Source: Callorhinchus milii (Eukaryota). From it: a stretch of 64,000 nt of DNA. Both the position numbers and the translations under genes were made by a program. Each line of letters opens with the position of its first letter. Position 1 is the first letter of the stretch. The notes below the pieces were generated by a model. The model had not been told where the DNA came from. It searched no databases and saw nothing but the letters and a program-made list of their open reading frames with translations. The stretch is from contig NW_024704747.1 of assembly GCF_018977255.1 (NCBI RefSeq), positions 806,001 to 870,000 on the forward strand, in the 5' to 3' direction. Below, one piece after another: positions 25,372 through 37,850 of the stretch.

Positions 25372-28300
25372 CTACATCATATCCAGCTATAAAGCCAAAC
25401 AGGGTAGGTTAGCCTCGCATGGAACCAAAACAACTTCACTCCATGATCCTCTCACACACACACACACACACACACACAATCTCATTCCCTTGTTCCACTC
25501 ACCCGCCCTCCCCCCAACCACACCCATCATGTCTGTACTCATTCAACTGCACCCCCATTGGACCCCTCCACTCTAATCCCACTCCCCTGTCCGTTGCCCT
25601 TTAATATTATTCTCTCTCACACAAATAACCTGCCCTGTGTAGAGGCACCACTCACCAGATCATCCACGTCTCCCCCATCCTCGGCCACAGCCTCCGGCTC
25701 CGCCGCTCTCTCCTCTGCCGCCAGGAACTGGAACAAAGAGAGAGAGAGAGAGAGACAGAGCTCAGCCATAGTTACACAGCAATGTAGACCAGAAGCCCAC
25801 TCAGCCCTTTCCACAACAACCAATGACATTTTACACATCAACTTTCATGTTGGGAGGACGCCCCAAGCTGCCGGACAGTCAGGATTTTGGAACTGGGGGT
25901 TGGGAAAGGGAGGGGGTGCAGGAATAGGGAGGGTGGGGGGTAGGAGGGCGACCGAAGATGCGGTCGAAGACGAGGGTCTTGAGACAGGCCTTGAAGGAGG
26001 CGAGGGAGGGGGCGAGGCGAATGGACTGTAGGATGGAGTTCCAAAGGGTGGGGGCAGAGAGACTAAAGGCCTGACCATCAGAGGGTGGGGCGGGCAAGGC
26101 GGGGGGAAGTGGATCAGGCCTGTAACAGGTGCGAGTGTTAAATGTGAGGATTATTATCATGTTAATCTGACCCTCTTGGCCTCATCCTCTGTCACCGCGC
26201 TGTCTCCAGCTTCATCCTGTGTGATGAGGGAAACTCCGTCTGCAGTAGAGAGAGAGAAGGGTTAGAACACAGGAGAGCACCAGATCAGCTCCTAACATTG
26301 TGATCACCAGCAGCCTGAGTCTGTTACCATATGGCAGGATGTCAGTGGATGGTTATTGCCTGGTTCCTGGTCTGAGTACCATGGCAGATGATGATCCATC
26401 GCCATGTTCGGTCGGTGGGGTCAGTGTGATATCTTCAGTAACATGGATGGATTAAGGAGGTGAAATACATCTCTGAAAGCTTGTTTCAGCTCCTCTGTAT
26501 AGTCTCATATCGCTGTTTTGTAACAGGGGGGTAACAGGACTTTGTGGACACCCTGTATATCTGGCAGATGTGAGTGGGCGTCTCTGGCACAAATTGGTCA
26601 CCGTGTTTTCTTCCGTAACAACATTCACTTCATTTCAAAGTAATCTCACTCCGTGAAGCGATTAGAGACATTTCTGTCACGTTAAAGATGCCGCGTAAAT
26701 GTTAGTTGCTACTCCCCCACAGACACACTCAGCTACACGTGCCACACACAGACACACACAGACACACGTGCCACACACACACACACTGACTGCAGGGTGT
26801 CCCTCACCTTGTACCAGCAGATCCCAGAAGTCGTACAGACCCTTTTCCTCCACACTCTCCTTCAGAGTTTTAATGAAGGTGTTGAAGAGTTGAGCTTTTC
26901 CGGCCTGGAATGAAACAGGAAGATGAGGGTCCCCCACATATACCAAGTTACAGTCAACAAAGATCTCTCCTCAGGTGGGGCGGTGGGGGGTGTTTAAGCG
27001 GGGTCTCTGGCTCTACTTAGGGAACCCACACCCTTTTAGCTGTTTCACTCGTAGACGAGTCTCAGGCTTACCTTCACTGCCTCCTCCCTGAAGGCCGAGA
27101 TACAGTCCATGCTCTTTATGTAATACTCTCGTCCCTTCACAGCCAGGAATTGCCACACACGCTCCTTCAGTTGTGAGCTCACTGCCGGGGAGACACACAC
27201 AGACACAGAGCTCAGAGTCGGGCTGCAAACCTGCACTCCCCACACAGCCTGGCACACTAAACAGTTACTACACTCACAGTAAAAGTCCCGTGAAGCACTT
27301 GAGACCCCTCCACGACATGATAAGGCAAGGTATTGAAAGTAAGGATTTTTTTTGGTCAGCCGGGTGGGTGTCTGACACACACGGAAACCCATCACTGTGC
27401 TTACGAGTCTCCAAACCAAACTGAGAATTTCATACCTCCCAACTGCACATGGGAATCCCTCAGACAGATTGTTGGAATAGAATGCGCACTTTCCCTCTCT
27501 CCCTGGAGGGATGCCTCCTGCTTACTCGATTCCAGAGAGAATTAGGCGCAGGTTGGCAAGAGCCAAAACTTGGGGGGATCCCAGAGTGTACGTTGGGGGT
27601 AATTCCTGGAGTCTAACCAGCTAAAACCACACATAGCTTGCCATTGAGTGTTGTCTGGCACACTTTCCCGTTGCTTGTCCAGCTACGATCACATTACCCG
27701 TTTGGGCTTTGGCTGAAGGGTTAGCAGGAGCTGAGTGGGAGATTCCCTGTCCCCAGTGACTGAGCGTAAGGATTATCGCATGTTCCTGACGGATCTGTCA
27801 CTCACCTTCTCTGAAGTCGCTCTTCTGGCTGATGAGGAATCGGAAATCTTTGGCTGGATGCAGACTGCCGACCTGGGGAGAGGAGACAGCAGATCAGCTC
27901 AACGCTGGAAGGTGCTGGACAGTCAGCAATTTGGACCTAAGATGGTGGTTGGGATCAGGAGGGGAGGAGGGCAAGCAGGGTGGGTGGGGGTAGGAGGCTG
28001 GCCAAAGGCACTGTCGAAGAGGGTATTGAGATGGGCCTTGAAGGAGGCGAGGCGGAGGGATTGTGAGATGGAGTTCCAGAGGGTGGGGGCAGAGAAGCTG
28101 AGCCCAATACTGCAGCAGATGCTTCTCAAGTTCCCTCTCTAACGCTGACACAATCCGCTTCCCTGGCTCATCCATTCCACGCGCTCACCAGCCACGCTCT
28201 GTCTAAATTCATTCAATCTGAACTGCCTCTCGTCTGATCTCGAGCCCTACCCCAGCCCCCACCCATGTTAAACACATTATTGGGGTTCGGTTTCTCTTCA

Positions 28301-31300
28301 CCCTTCAGGATCTTATACTTCAATAAAATCTCCCCGATATTCCTCAATTGTTAATGTTTAGTGACCAACACAGAATAAAATCAAAGCTTTGGTGTGGTAA
28401 TCACCTCCTGCCTCCAGGGTGCTCCAGAATGCTTCAAAAATGCCTGGACGCCGTTATCCCCATTGTCGAGTCACGATCCTCAGAGCTTTCCTCACCCTAT
28501 TCAAGGCTAAAGTTACTCGCAGCACTTCCCTCCCTTACTTCCTCCCTCACTTTCCCCTCCCTCCTACAGGCTTCTAAATTCCCGGTCGCCTGCTGTTTCT
28601 CTCTCTCCCTCATACACTTTACTGACATCCTGGGATTCTCGCTGGATTGCTGGGCTATTTTACCCCTGGTCAGGCTGTGAGGGTTCTGGGGAGATATTGC
28701 TGTACTCACTGAGGTGACTCTGCCTTCAGCCAGTCGAGTGATACAGAACTCCTCGTCATCCAGTCGTGCTCGCTTTGCATCGGGCTCCTCCACGTTACTG
28801 AGAGCAGAATCACAGACACATCAGTCAGTCAGTGCCGGCCTTAATAATAATAATAATCCTGGCATTTGATATAGCACCTTATCACCCTGTTGAGAAGATG
28901 TCTTAAAGCGCTTCACAGGATACACTGTAAAGTGGAATGACTATATTTTGTGGGCGAAATACGGCAGCCAATTGCGCACAGCAGTGTCCTACAAACAGTC
29001 GTGGATTGAATGACCAAATTATTATTATTTTTTTTGAAGGGATTTTTACCGCCCAGAAAGCGATCCGTCAATTGACTAACAACCGGGTTCCTACTTGCTG
29101 CTGCGTAAACAGAGCCGTGTGGAGCAAGGAAACTTGCCTGAGGTCTCACCATGCCCAGGAATGAAACCCGGGTTGTATCGCTTGCGATGCTAGTGCTCTA
29201 ACCACTGCACTACAGGACTCAACAGGACCTAAGATATGATTATTCATAGAATCATATAGCACAGAAGGAGGCCATTCGACCCATTGTGTCTGTGCCGCCT
29301 CTTTGAAAGAGCTGTCCAACTGAATCCCACTCCCCCACTATAAAATGATAGCGGAGGAGTGAGGGATTAAGCGGGGGTTAACGACAGCGCTTCCAACAAT
29401 GCAGCGCTCCCTCTAGGACTGTGCTGGAGTGTCAGCCTGGACTGTGAACATTTTATACACACTTAGCTCAAGTATCTTTGTGTTAAAAAAGCCAGCCAGC
29501 CAGATCTTACTTGAAGATTTTCTGTGCGATCTTTGGCTCTTTCTTCTTGCCAGCATCCTGCAGAGTGAAGAGGGATTTGAGATGTTGCAGGGCTGGCTGG
29601 CAGGAGACAGACACCTCCTGGGGCCTCTCCAGCATGGCTGTCAGCTGTGCCTCAATGGGGGGCAGTGGCTGGTCCGGGTGAAAGGCTTTGTACTGGAGAC
29701 ACTGGCAGTAATCAGAGCGAAGGAAAAAACACACACAGGTCACGTTTCTCAGTCTTACCCTTCCCCAACCAGGGAGCAAATGTCTGTACTGGTCATCAGA
29801 TTTAAAGCAAAGTTCAGCAATCACAACAATAATAATCCTTACATTTGATACAGCGCCTTATATTGCTATTGAGACGTCTCAAAGTGCTTCAAATAATATA
29901 CTGGAAAGTGAATTGACTGTATTTTGTGGCTGAAATGCAGCAGCCAACTGCGCACAGCAGCGTCCCCACAAACAGTCGTGGATTGAGTGACAAAATTAAG
30001 GTTTCGCCCTGCCCTGGAATCGGACCTGGGTCCTCTCGCTTCTGAGACGAGTGCTCTAACCACTACACTACAGGACTCCACAGTATATTGGCTCTGGTCC
30101 CTGGGTTTAGAGTATACACAGTAGAGGCTGGCTGGCATGTTAAAGCCAGTCAGTCAGTCACAAACACACACACAGGCGCCCACACCAGCCACTATCTTAC
30201 CTGGAACAAACGCTGGTAATGTGGATTGGGGATTTTACTGACTTTGAAGAGATCCTGGGTTTTCTCCCCGTCCTCCTGCACCAGCCCCATGGAGTCGATC
30301 AGAGAATCCACAGCAGCCAACTGCTCCTCTGTAACAGAGCCCAGAGAGTGGCTGAACTTTCCCCAACAGCAGCGATCAGCAGGCACCACGCCAACCCGGC
30401 TCAGCCACTCACGCTCTCATCTACAAACATCCATGCTCTCGCCCACACACTCGCACACGGCACAGCCCCAGCCACACACACACAGGTCCCGCCCCCCACC
30501 TCCACCCCAAACTCACCCACCCACCCACCCACAGTCGCACACGGCAGCACAACACACATGTACCAGTCACAAACACACACACACCCACCAGTCCTTCTGA
30601 TCCCGCCAAGCCACTCACCGGAAGCTGCCCATCGCTTGTGGCTGAGGGAGGCAAACGTGAACTGCCTGAGATCCTCCATGAAGGGTAGCTGGATATACAC
30701 CAGGCACTGGGGGGGGTGGGGGGGGGTAGAGAAAAAAATTAAAATCCCCCCCTAAAAACATGCCCCTCGGAAACAGGAGGGTTCAACAATGCCGATCAGC
30801 CGGCCAGCCAGCCCGCTCGGCCAGTTTATTCGATCGCGGCAGATCTTTTAATCCCAGCCATTTCATCATCTCGCTCAACAGCCGCTGTCAATCTGTCCTT
30901 TATGTTGCCGTCCTGGTGATTCCTTCTTCACGGCCTCCGGAGTCATCCCTCGCTCACCCGACTGCTCCCACCCCACCTCACCCCCTTCTCCCCCGCTGAC
31001 CTTCAGTTGTCCTGTTACCTGGTATTCCTCCTTGATGAGAGGGAAGGCCACGCCCACCTGCGGGTTTGATCTCCGGTCGTACACGTAGCGCACGATCGCC
31101 ACCATGTCCATCTCTTCCAGAGCCTGGATCAGTGCTGAGAGTGCCACCGCCGCATGCTACACACATGCACACACACAGGGAGAGAAAGAGAGAAAGAGGA
31201 CACTGAATGTGCTGCACACACACACAGGGAGAGAGAGAGAGGACATTGAGTGTGCTGCACACACACACACACACACACACACAGGGAGAGAGAGGGAGAC

Positions 31301-34300
31301 ACACACACACACGTGAGAGAGAGGACTGTGGTGGAGGGATGGATAACAACAAATTACATTTGTTTAGCTCCTTTCACGTTCTAAGGAGCTGGACAGTCAG
31401 GGAAGACAGGAAGAGGGGAAGAGATAAAGAGAACAAGGTGGATCCATTCACATTGTCCAAACCGAGGTGATAGATGTTTGTTGAGTCAGGGGATCAAGGA
31501 ATATGGAGCAAAGGCAGGTAATTGGAGTTGAGGTGCAGATCAACTGTGATCTAATAGAATAAATGGGATAGTCCCACCCTAGACAGAACCCAGCTCTCAC
31601 CTCATCATCTTTTGGTGGGAGGACCTTCAGCGTCTGCCGCCCGATATTGTAATGCCTCAATACCTGCAAGGTAGAGCAGACACTGTGGAGTCCTGTAGCG
31701 AAGCAATTAGTGTAGCAAGTGAGAGGACCCACCAGAGGAATCGATTCCCGATTCCCACTTACTGCTAGGTTTTGCCCGGCCCGGGAATCGAACCCGGGTC
31801 TTCTCACTTGCGAGGCGAGTGCTCTAACCACTACACTACGAGCCCCCGTGGCAGCCTTTAATCTCTTCCAGCTTCCCCCTCGGCAAGTTCTATTCCATTC
31901 ACAAAGCGGAGTGAGTCATTATTATACTATATTACATTTCTAATTAATTGTATTTTGTAAAGTGCCTCGAAATGATTATTTTTCCCAGAAAGGCTCAGTA
32001 TAATAATAATAATAATCCTTGCATTTGATATAGTGCTTTTCACGTCGGGAGGACGTCCCAAAGCGCTTCACAGAACACACTGTAAAGTGAATTGACTGTA
32101 TATTTGAGGGCGAACGCGGCAGCCAATTGCGCACAGCAATGTCCCACAAAGTGTCGTAGATTGGAAATGACCAATTTATTATTGTTTTTGGTTTTGGAGG
32201 GATTATTATTAGGCTCTGTGTGGAGTAAGGAAACTTGCCCGAGGTTTCGCCCTCTGCCTGGAATTGAACTCAGGTCTCACGCTTGCAAAGCGAGTGCTCT
32301 AACCACTGAGCTACAGGACTCCACAAACTCCACAAACTGTATAACTGCTAGTGATCATAATGATGGTGATTATTATGATGATTATGATTATTACCTGTGA
32401 GGACTTGGTGAATCCCAGCACACTGAAGCACTTCCCGTCCGTCTTGTATTTCATCTGATCCTGGTCAATGCGGGAGAACGGGATTATATCACTGCCGTAG
32501 CGGAATCCTGTGGGAAAGACGGCACGGAATTGGTTAGCTTTACCAGGAAACGTATCATTAAAGGGTGTGGATACGGGATTAGAGCAGAGTAGACTCTTTG
32601 GTCACCAAAGACCACACCTTTGGTCACCCTCTTACCCTCACCCTCCCTGCCCTCCACCCCTCCTGATCCCAACCCCCAGCTCAGGTGCAAATCCCTGAGT
32701 GTCCAGCACCTTGGGACATCCTCCCAATGTGAAAGGTGCCGTGTAAATGTAATGTGTTGTTGTTGTTGATCTCAACTAGATCAACAATGAGAATGACAAC
32801 CACTTCCTCGGTTAAGGAAGGCTGGGCTGGGGGTGGGGGCTGGGGGCTGGGCTGTACCTTGGATGGTCTCATCCTTGAGAATCTCTGTCTCATCATCGTC
32901 GTTTAAGCAGTAAACCACCTCCTTTCTCACGTCCTCCTTCTGTAGTGTCTTGGCATCGACAGATATCCACGCCTTCTTCACTTTCTCCTCACACATCTGG
33001 TTCAAGAGTTTACATTGGGGGTGTAAAAGACGACACATGTGTGCGTGTACAAGACATGTACAGGGTGTCCACAAAGCCCTATTACCTCCATGTTTTTTCT
33101 TCCCTACAGTATACTGACCAACAACTGAAACATGTGGAAGAATGATGATAATTGTATTTAGAAAGTACTTAATTGCATTCAGTACAAGTGTTTAACTGTA
33201 TTCAGACGTCCAGAGGATCGGTGTGTGAGTGGCGTGTGTGTGACTGTGTGTGAGTGAGTGTCGTGTGTGTGTGTGAGCGCCATCATTTTCATGGCAGATA
33301 ATGATGTATCGCCATGTTCAATGCCACACCTTCCATAACATGGATGGATGGAGTGAGGAGGTGAAATGCCTCTCAGCTTGTTTCAGCTCCTCCATAGTTT
33401 CATACGGCTGTTTTGTAACAGGGGGTAACGGGACTTTGTGGACACCCTGTATGTAACATGTATGAGGCGGTGCGTGTGGGTGGGGTGATCTGGAAGGGGA
33501 ATGCTTTCCAATATTACACACTGACATCTAGCTGGTTAGTAAACAGAAGCTTCTGCCCATCACAATATCTGGCTATAGTTTTCCATCCTCCTCTGTGAGT
33601 TCGACGCTGCAAGTTCCCCACATGTACTGTCTCCCATTTGGTGGAGGTGGGGGGTGGAGGCATAGGTTCAGAACCCTGTCTGATACCCCTCCCTCCCTCC
33701 CTGACCTAAGGGGAACTGCGGATGATTGTTGCCCTGACTGACGGGCTGAGAGTAACAGGCACACACACAGAGAAGCTGCAGCCGACACTTACTGCCTTGT
33801 AGCCCACAATCCTGATGGAGATATTGGACCCAATGGTCAGTTGACAGGGCCAAGGCATCGGTCTCCTCTCCAGCTTCTTGAACAGGCCAAGGCGCTCAGC
33901 ACTCTCACTGCGAGAGGAGACAGGAACCAGATTCAGCCGGTTCATCCATGTATATCCCACACCACATCCCGAGTGAGTCAGCCCTTAGCACCTCTCTCTC
34001 TCCTCCCACACAGCAAGCAGTGAATCCAGCCGAGGGCAACAGATCAAGTGAAACGGCAGATCCTACAACGTGCTAGCGAGTGAGTGGAGGAACACTGAGA
34101 GAGCAACAGATAGGAGAGCGAGGTGGAAAGGAGAGTCAGGGGCATCGAGAAAGGGGAGAGAAAAGTGTAGTGATAATACAACAACAGTGATAATGTGTTT
34201 TGTAAGCAAACAGAATAGATTTATGGAGAGGGGAGGTAGAAAGAAAGACGTGGGGAGAGAGACAGCAAAAGAGGGGTCAAAGCAGGAATGAAGAGGGAAG

Positions 34301-37300
34301 AGAGATATTAAGAAGAGATAGAGCAACGGGTGAAAAAAGAGTCAGGCAGGCCCAGGCGTCTTACATTCCTAAGATTTTCACTATATCCAATGGCAGCACT
34401 ATTATATGATAATCAGTATCACTATTATTAACCTTGCATTTGGTATCCTCTCTCTTTGGTTTCCCGTATTCAGCCACACCTTACCTGAAGGTGAAGACCT
34501 CATCGAGACCAAACTCCTCATCAAAGGCTGTCATCACCTTCCTGACCATCTTGACTCCTTCCTCTGTTGCGTGGTCAGCCCTTTCCCCGGGGGATGGCCC
34601 CGGCTTCTATCTGCCTGTACTCCCGAGTCAGCGTCCCCGCATCCGCCTCCTTCACCGTCCGAATCCAGTGGGAATGGGAGGCTGCAGGGAGGAATGATGT
34701 GTTGAAGGCTGCAGACTGGATAGTGCAGCAAGGAATCTGCAGTAGTGCTCACACTGGAGGGAACTTTTGATGCACGTTTTAGTAAAGGCTTGAGTTACAC
34801 AAGCGCATATAGGAACATAGGAACAGGAAGAGGCCATTCAGCCCTATCAAGCCTGTTCCACCATTCTATCAGATCATGGCTGATCTCTACCTCAACTCCC
34901 ACCGTGCTGCTCAGTCACACATTTCAGCCAGTCACTGCGAGCAGACTCCAAGCCACAGACAGGCGTTCTCCCGAGTGACAGAAAACTAGACAAGAGTCCT
35001 GTGGTCCTCATTCCTTGGCAAATCCCGTAGCATGGTGGTTATAGCCCTCGCAACCAGGGTTCAATTCCTGGACAGGGCAAAACTTTAGGCAAGTTTCCAC
35101 ACGGCTCAGTTTACCTAGCAATAAGTAGGAATCCGGTTGTTCGTCAATTGGTGGATCGCTTTCCTGGGGGTAATAATCCCTCCAAAAAAATATATAATCG
35201 CTCAATCCATGACTGTTTGTGGGACGCTGCTGTGCGCAATTGGCTGCTGTGTTTCACCTACAATACACACAGCCACTCCACTTTACAGTGTATCCTGTGA
35301 ACCGCTTTTGAGACGTCTCCACAGCCTTTGAATGAAACACTTACAAGAACTGCAGAGTGATGCCGGCCTGCCTCAGGTTGGCGATGATGATGTCCAACTG
35401 GTCGGAGCTGAAGGGGCTGTTCAGGTCTGTGAACACCGCGATGTGCAGCTTCTCGTATTTCTTCCCCCTGAGAGGAGCAGACAGCAAGTCAGTGTATCAG
35501 CCCCCATAGGCCCGTCTCCAACTACCCCTGCCCTTCACTCTAGCCTCCACAGTTACTGACACTCGGGACAGAAAACCAGCCCAGAGCTGGCAGACCCCCC
35601 CCCCCACCCACCCAGCCCCCTGCCAAAAGCCCCACCCCCAAGTAGGCAGCCCCGCTTTCCCAAACTAGAAGCATTCCCCGTCCCCGAACCCACCAGCATC
35701 ATCCGAACCCCTCCTGTAAACTAGCCTCGTCACACACGCACAGAACTGCTCAAAATCCAGTAGCCTGGCCTCGGCAAAAATATCGGGGAATTCTTGTAAT
35801 CAAGTGTACATGGTTATCCCTGCAGCGACATCCTCCCTCCATACTGCTGGTGAAAGCTGAAGTTCTGACCCATTAACACTTACAGTGTCTGTTTCTGAAG
35901 CACATCCATGCAGACCACCAGGGCATCCAGAACTGAGGCCAGAGTCAAGGAAAAAATCAGAAAGAAAGCTCTTATACTGTGCTACACGCGTAGCTGTTAA
36001 ACTGTGCCTCATGTTCAGGACCTGGTAATGTTTCTTCAGAAATAGCAGGTCCTCGGGGTATCCTATCTTAGGCCGACTCTCCAGCACATCATTCTGACCC
36101 CCATCTCCTCCCGGCTGCTTCCTCAGGCCACATCCCAAGGCGCTGGACAGTCAGGGATTTGCACCAAGCTGGGGGTTGGAATCAGGAGGCGTAGAGGGCA
36201 GGGAGGGTGAGGGCAGGAGAGTGATCGAAGACGCAGTCGGTCGAAGAGGATACCCAGTATTACTGTTTCCTGCTATACACTATCTCGCGTGAAGAAATCA
36301 TATCTGGGGAGACCGTGTAAAGAATGGGACATGACATGTGCAAGCGACTGCCAGGATAGTGGAAGCCAAACTGGATGGACCTTGGTCTTCTTTCGTGCGG
36401 CAAATTCTTATGCAAATACATAAGTGCTCCGAGACGCTACCCTGCGTGGAGTAAGCTGTACAAGTACAAGTCGTTGTTGTTGTTGTTATATTCTTATTTG
36501 CTGAAAAGATACAGTCTGCCTGCTGCAGTCCAGGCTCGATCCTGCTCTGCACGTCCTCCAGGAGACTGAAGTCGGGGATCATCAGGTTCCTGTGCACGGT
36601 GATGTGCTGGTATTGGTCTGCCCCAGCCAGAGGGTTGGAGGTTGCGTCGCTGCCGTACAGCACTAAGGCAGTCTCATCTTTGCTCTCAGCGAACACCTGC
36701 ATCAAAACGCAGCGAGCGCACATTATCCATAAAGACACGTCGTCGCCGGAACAATCACAGTCCTCTCGCTTTGGCTGATTCACTGCTGTATCACCTTAAC
36801 GGGTTTTATAGCCGGCGACTGGATTGGGAGAATAACTGGTTACCTGTCGTTGCACGAACATCAACAGAACTCTCTTGGCCTGTTCAAACGGAGACTCGTG
36901 CCCTGGTGGCGCGTGGCCCATTGTGTGACCCACATCCAGGCACAGAACCACAGCGGACTGAGGAAACACAACCGCAAGATTGACAACAGCAACAATGATA
37001 ATCCCGGCGTTCGACCCGGCGCCTGATCGCGCCGCCGAGACGTCTCAGGGCGCTTCACGGGGACACACTGTAAAGTGTAGTGACTGTGCGTTTTGTGAGC
37101 GACACCTCCAATACGCCGCCAGCCACAGCGCACACGGCGCACAATATACAAATAACAGATAAATACGGATTTTTTTAAAACGCATTAACAAAATGCTAAG
37201 TTGGCGCCGGGAATAAAAGTCTTAGCAGCAGCTGCACCTCCTCCTCCCCCACTCACTCCCCCTCACTCCCCCCCCACTCACTCCCCCTCACTCCCCCCCC

Positions 37301-37571
37301 CCCCACTCACTCCCCCTCACTCCCCCCCACTCACTCCCCCCTCACACCCCCACTCCCCCTCTCACTCCCCACTCCCCCTCTCACTCCCCCCCCTCCCCCC
37401 TCACTCCCCCCCCACACTCCCCCTCCTCCCCCTCACTCCCCTCCCCCCCACCACCGTCAGAGCGCGCCTCCATCACCGAAAAACATCTTTGAAGTACATT
37501 TTTTTTTAAAGAAAAACCAACTAAAAGTTTGACTGTTTGGAGGTGTCCCCCACCTTACTCGCTCGCGCCAT
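25372..37571 (-). CDS. XRCC5: Ku80 / XRCC5, 21 exons, about 725 aa if the exon-6 frameshift is corrected
   Basis: Exons: 37554-37571, 36844-36957, 36513-36696, 35884-35932, 35345-35467, 34485-34681, 33793-33907, 32858-32996, 32395-32507, 31601-31663, 31019-31156, 30619-30706, 30201-30328, 29511-29701, 28710-28797, 27806-27872, 27072-27181, 26808-26904, 26172-26239, 25656-25727, 25372-25386. Motifs [42 protein letters not shown], and the DNA-PKcs-binding tail [13 protein letters not shown]. Confidence 0.95.
25815..26090 (-). mobile_element. L2-like LINE 3' fragment (similar at ~6350-6540, 10770-11030, 27905-28105, 32640-32766, 36140-36250, 48480-48720, 50400-50625)
   Basis: Encodes [12 protein letters not shown]...[15 protein letters not shown], typical of the L2 ORF2 C-terminus, then tail GGGCGTCCTCCCAACATGAAAG..(GTT)n. 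Confidence 0.75.
28842..29220 (-). mobile_element. tRNA-derived SINE
   Basis: Full-length reverse copy. Confidence 0.82.
29827..30079 (-). mobile_element. tRNA-derived SINE with central deletion
   Basis: Reverse head joined directly to core and tail. Confidence 0.78.
32000..32322 (-). mobile_element. Young SINE subfamily copy
   Basis: Near-identical reverse complement of 21322-21641. Confidence 0.88.
33061..33449. mobile_element. Non-autonomous Tc1/mariner-type element (MITE)
   Basis: Terminal inverted repeats CAGGGTGTCCACAAAG, each flanked by TA. Partial second copy at 26381-26555. Confidence 0.8.
35020..35325 (+). mobile_element. tRNA-derived SINE
   Basis: Degenerate head plus core. Confidence 0.75.
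35933..36512 (-). other. XRCC5: U12-type (minor spliceosome) GT-AG intron 3 of XRCC5
   Basis: 5' site GTATCTTTT. Branch site TTCCTTGAC (35952-35944) ends 11 nt before the exon, with no long pyrimidine tract after it. Confidence 0.8.
37236..37452 (+). repeat. C-rich (CACTCCCCCC)n low-complexity repeat in XRCC5 intron 1
   Basis: Direct inspection; G-run rich on the XRCC5 sense strand. Confidence 0.9.
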
Positions 37572-37850
37572 TTTCCACCAACACATCCTGTGCATCCGCG
37601 GCCGTGTCCGGGCTCCGCCGCCGCCGCCGAACAAAGGTTCCCGTTCCACTGAGGCCCGGCGTCCGCCATCTTGGTAAAGGAGCGCCCGGCCCAGCCGCCG
37701 CCGCCGCCATCTTTCTAAAGGAGAACGTCCTACGGTCGCCATCTTGGTCAAGGAGAGTGTCCAACCCCACCCTATTCAAGGCGGTGTGGCCAGACTGGGC
37801 GGCTTCACGCCCCATTGGGCGGGTTTTTGTTCCACGGGCTGCGTTGGGAG
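37560..37850 (-). promoter_or_regulatory. XRCC5 CpG-island promoter/5'UTR with clustered YY1 motifs
   Basis: CGCCATCTT at ~37664, 37705 and 37737; CGCCATTTT at 37566; GC boxes and ATTGG at ~37800-37822. Confidence 0.7.

Noticed and set aside
25372-37571. XRCC5 as a pseudogene
   Set aside because: Only one lesion, at a short homopolymer; all other exons, splice sites and the promoter are intact.
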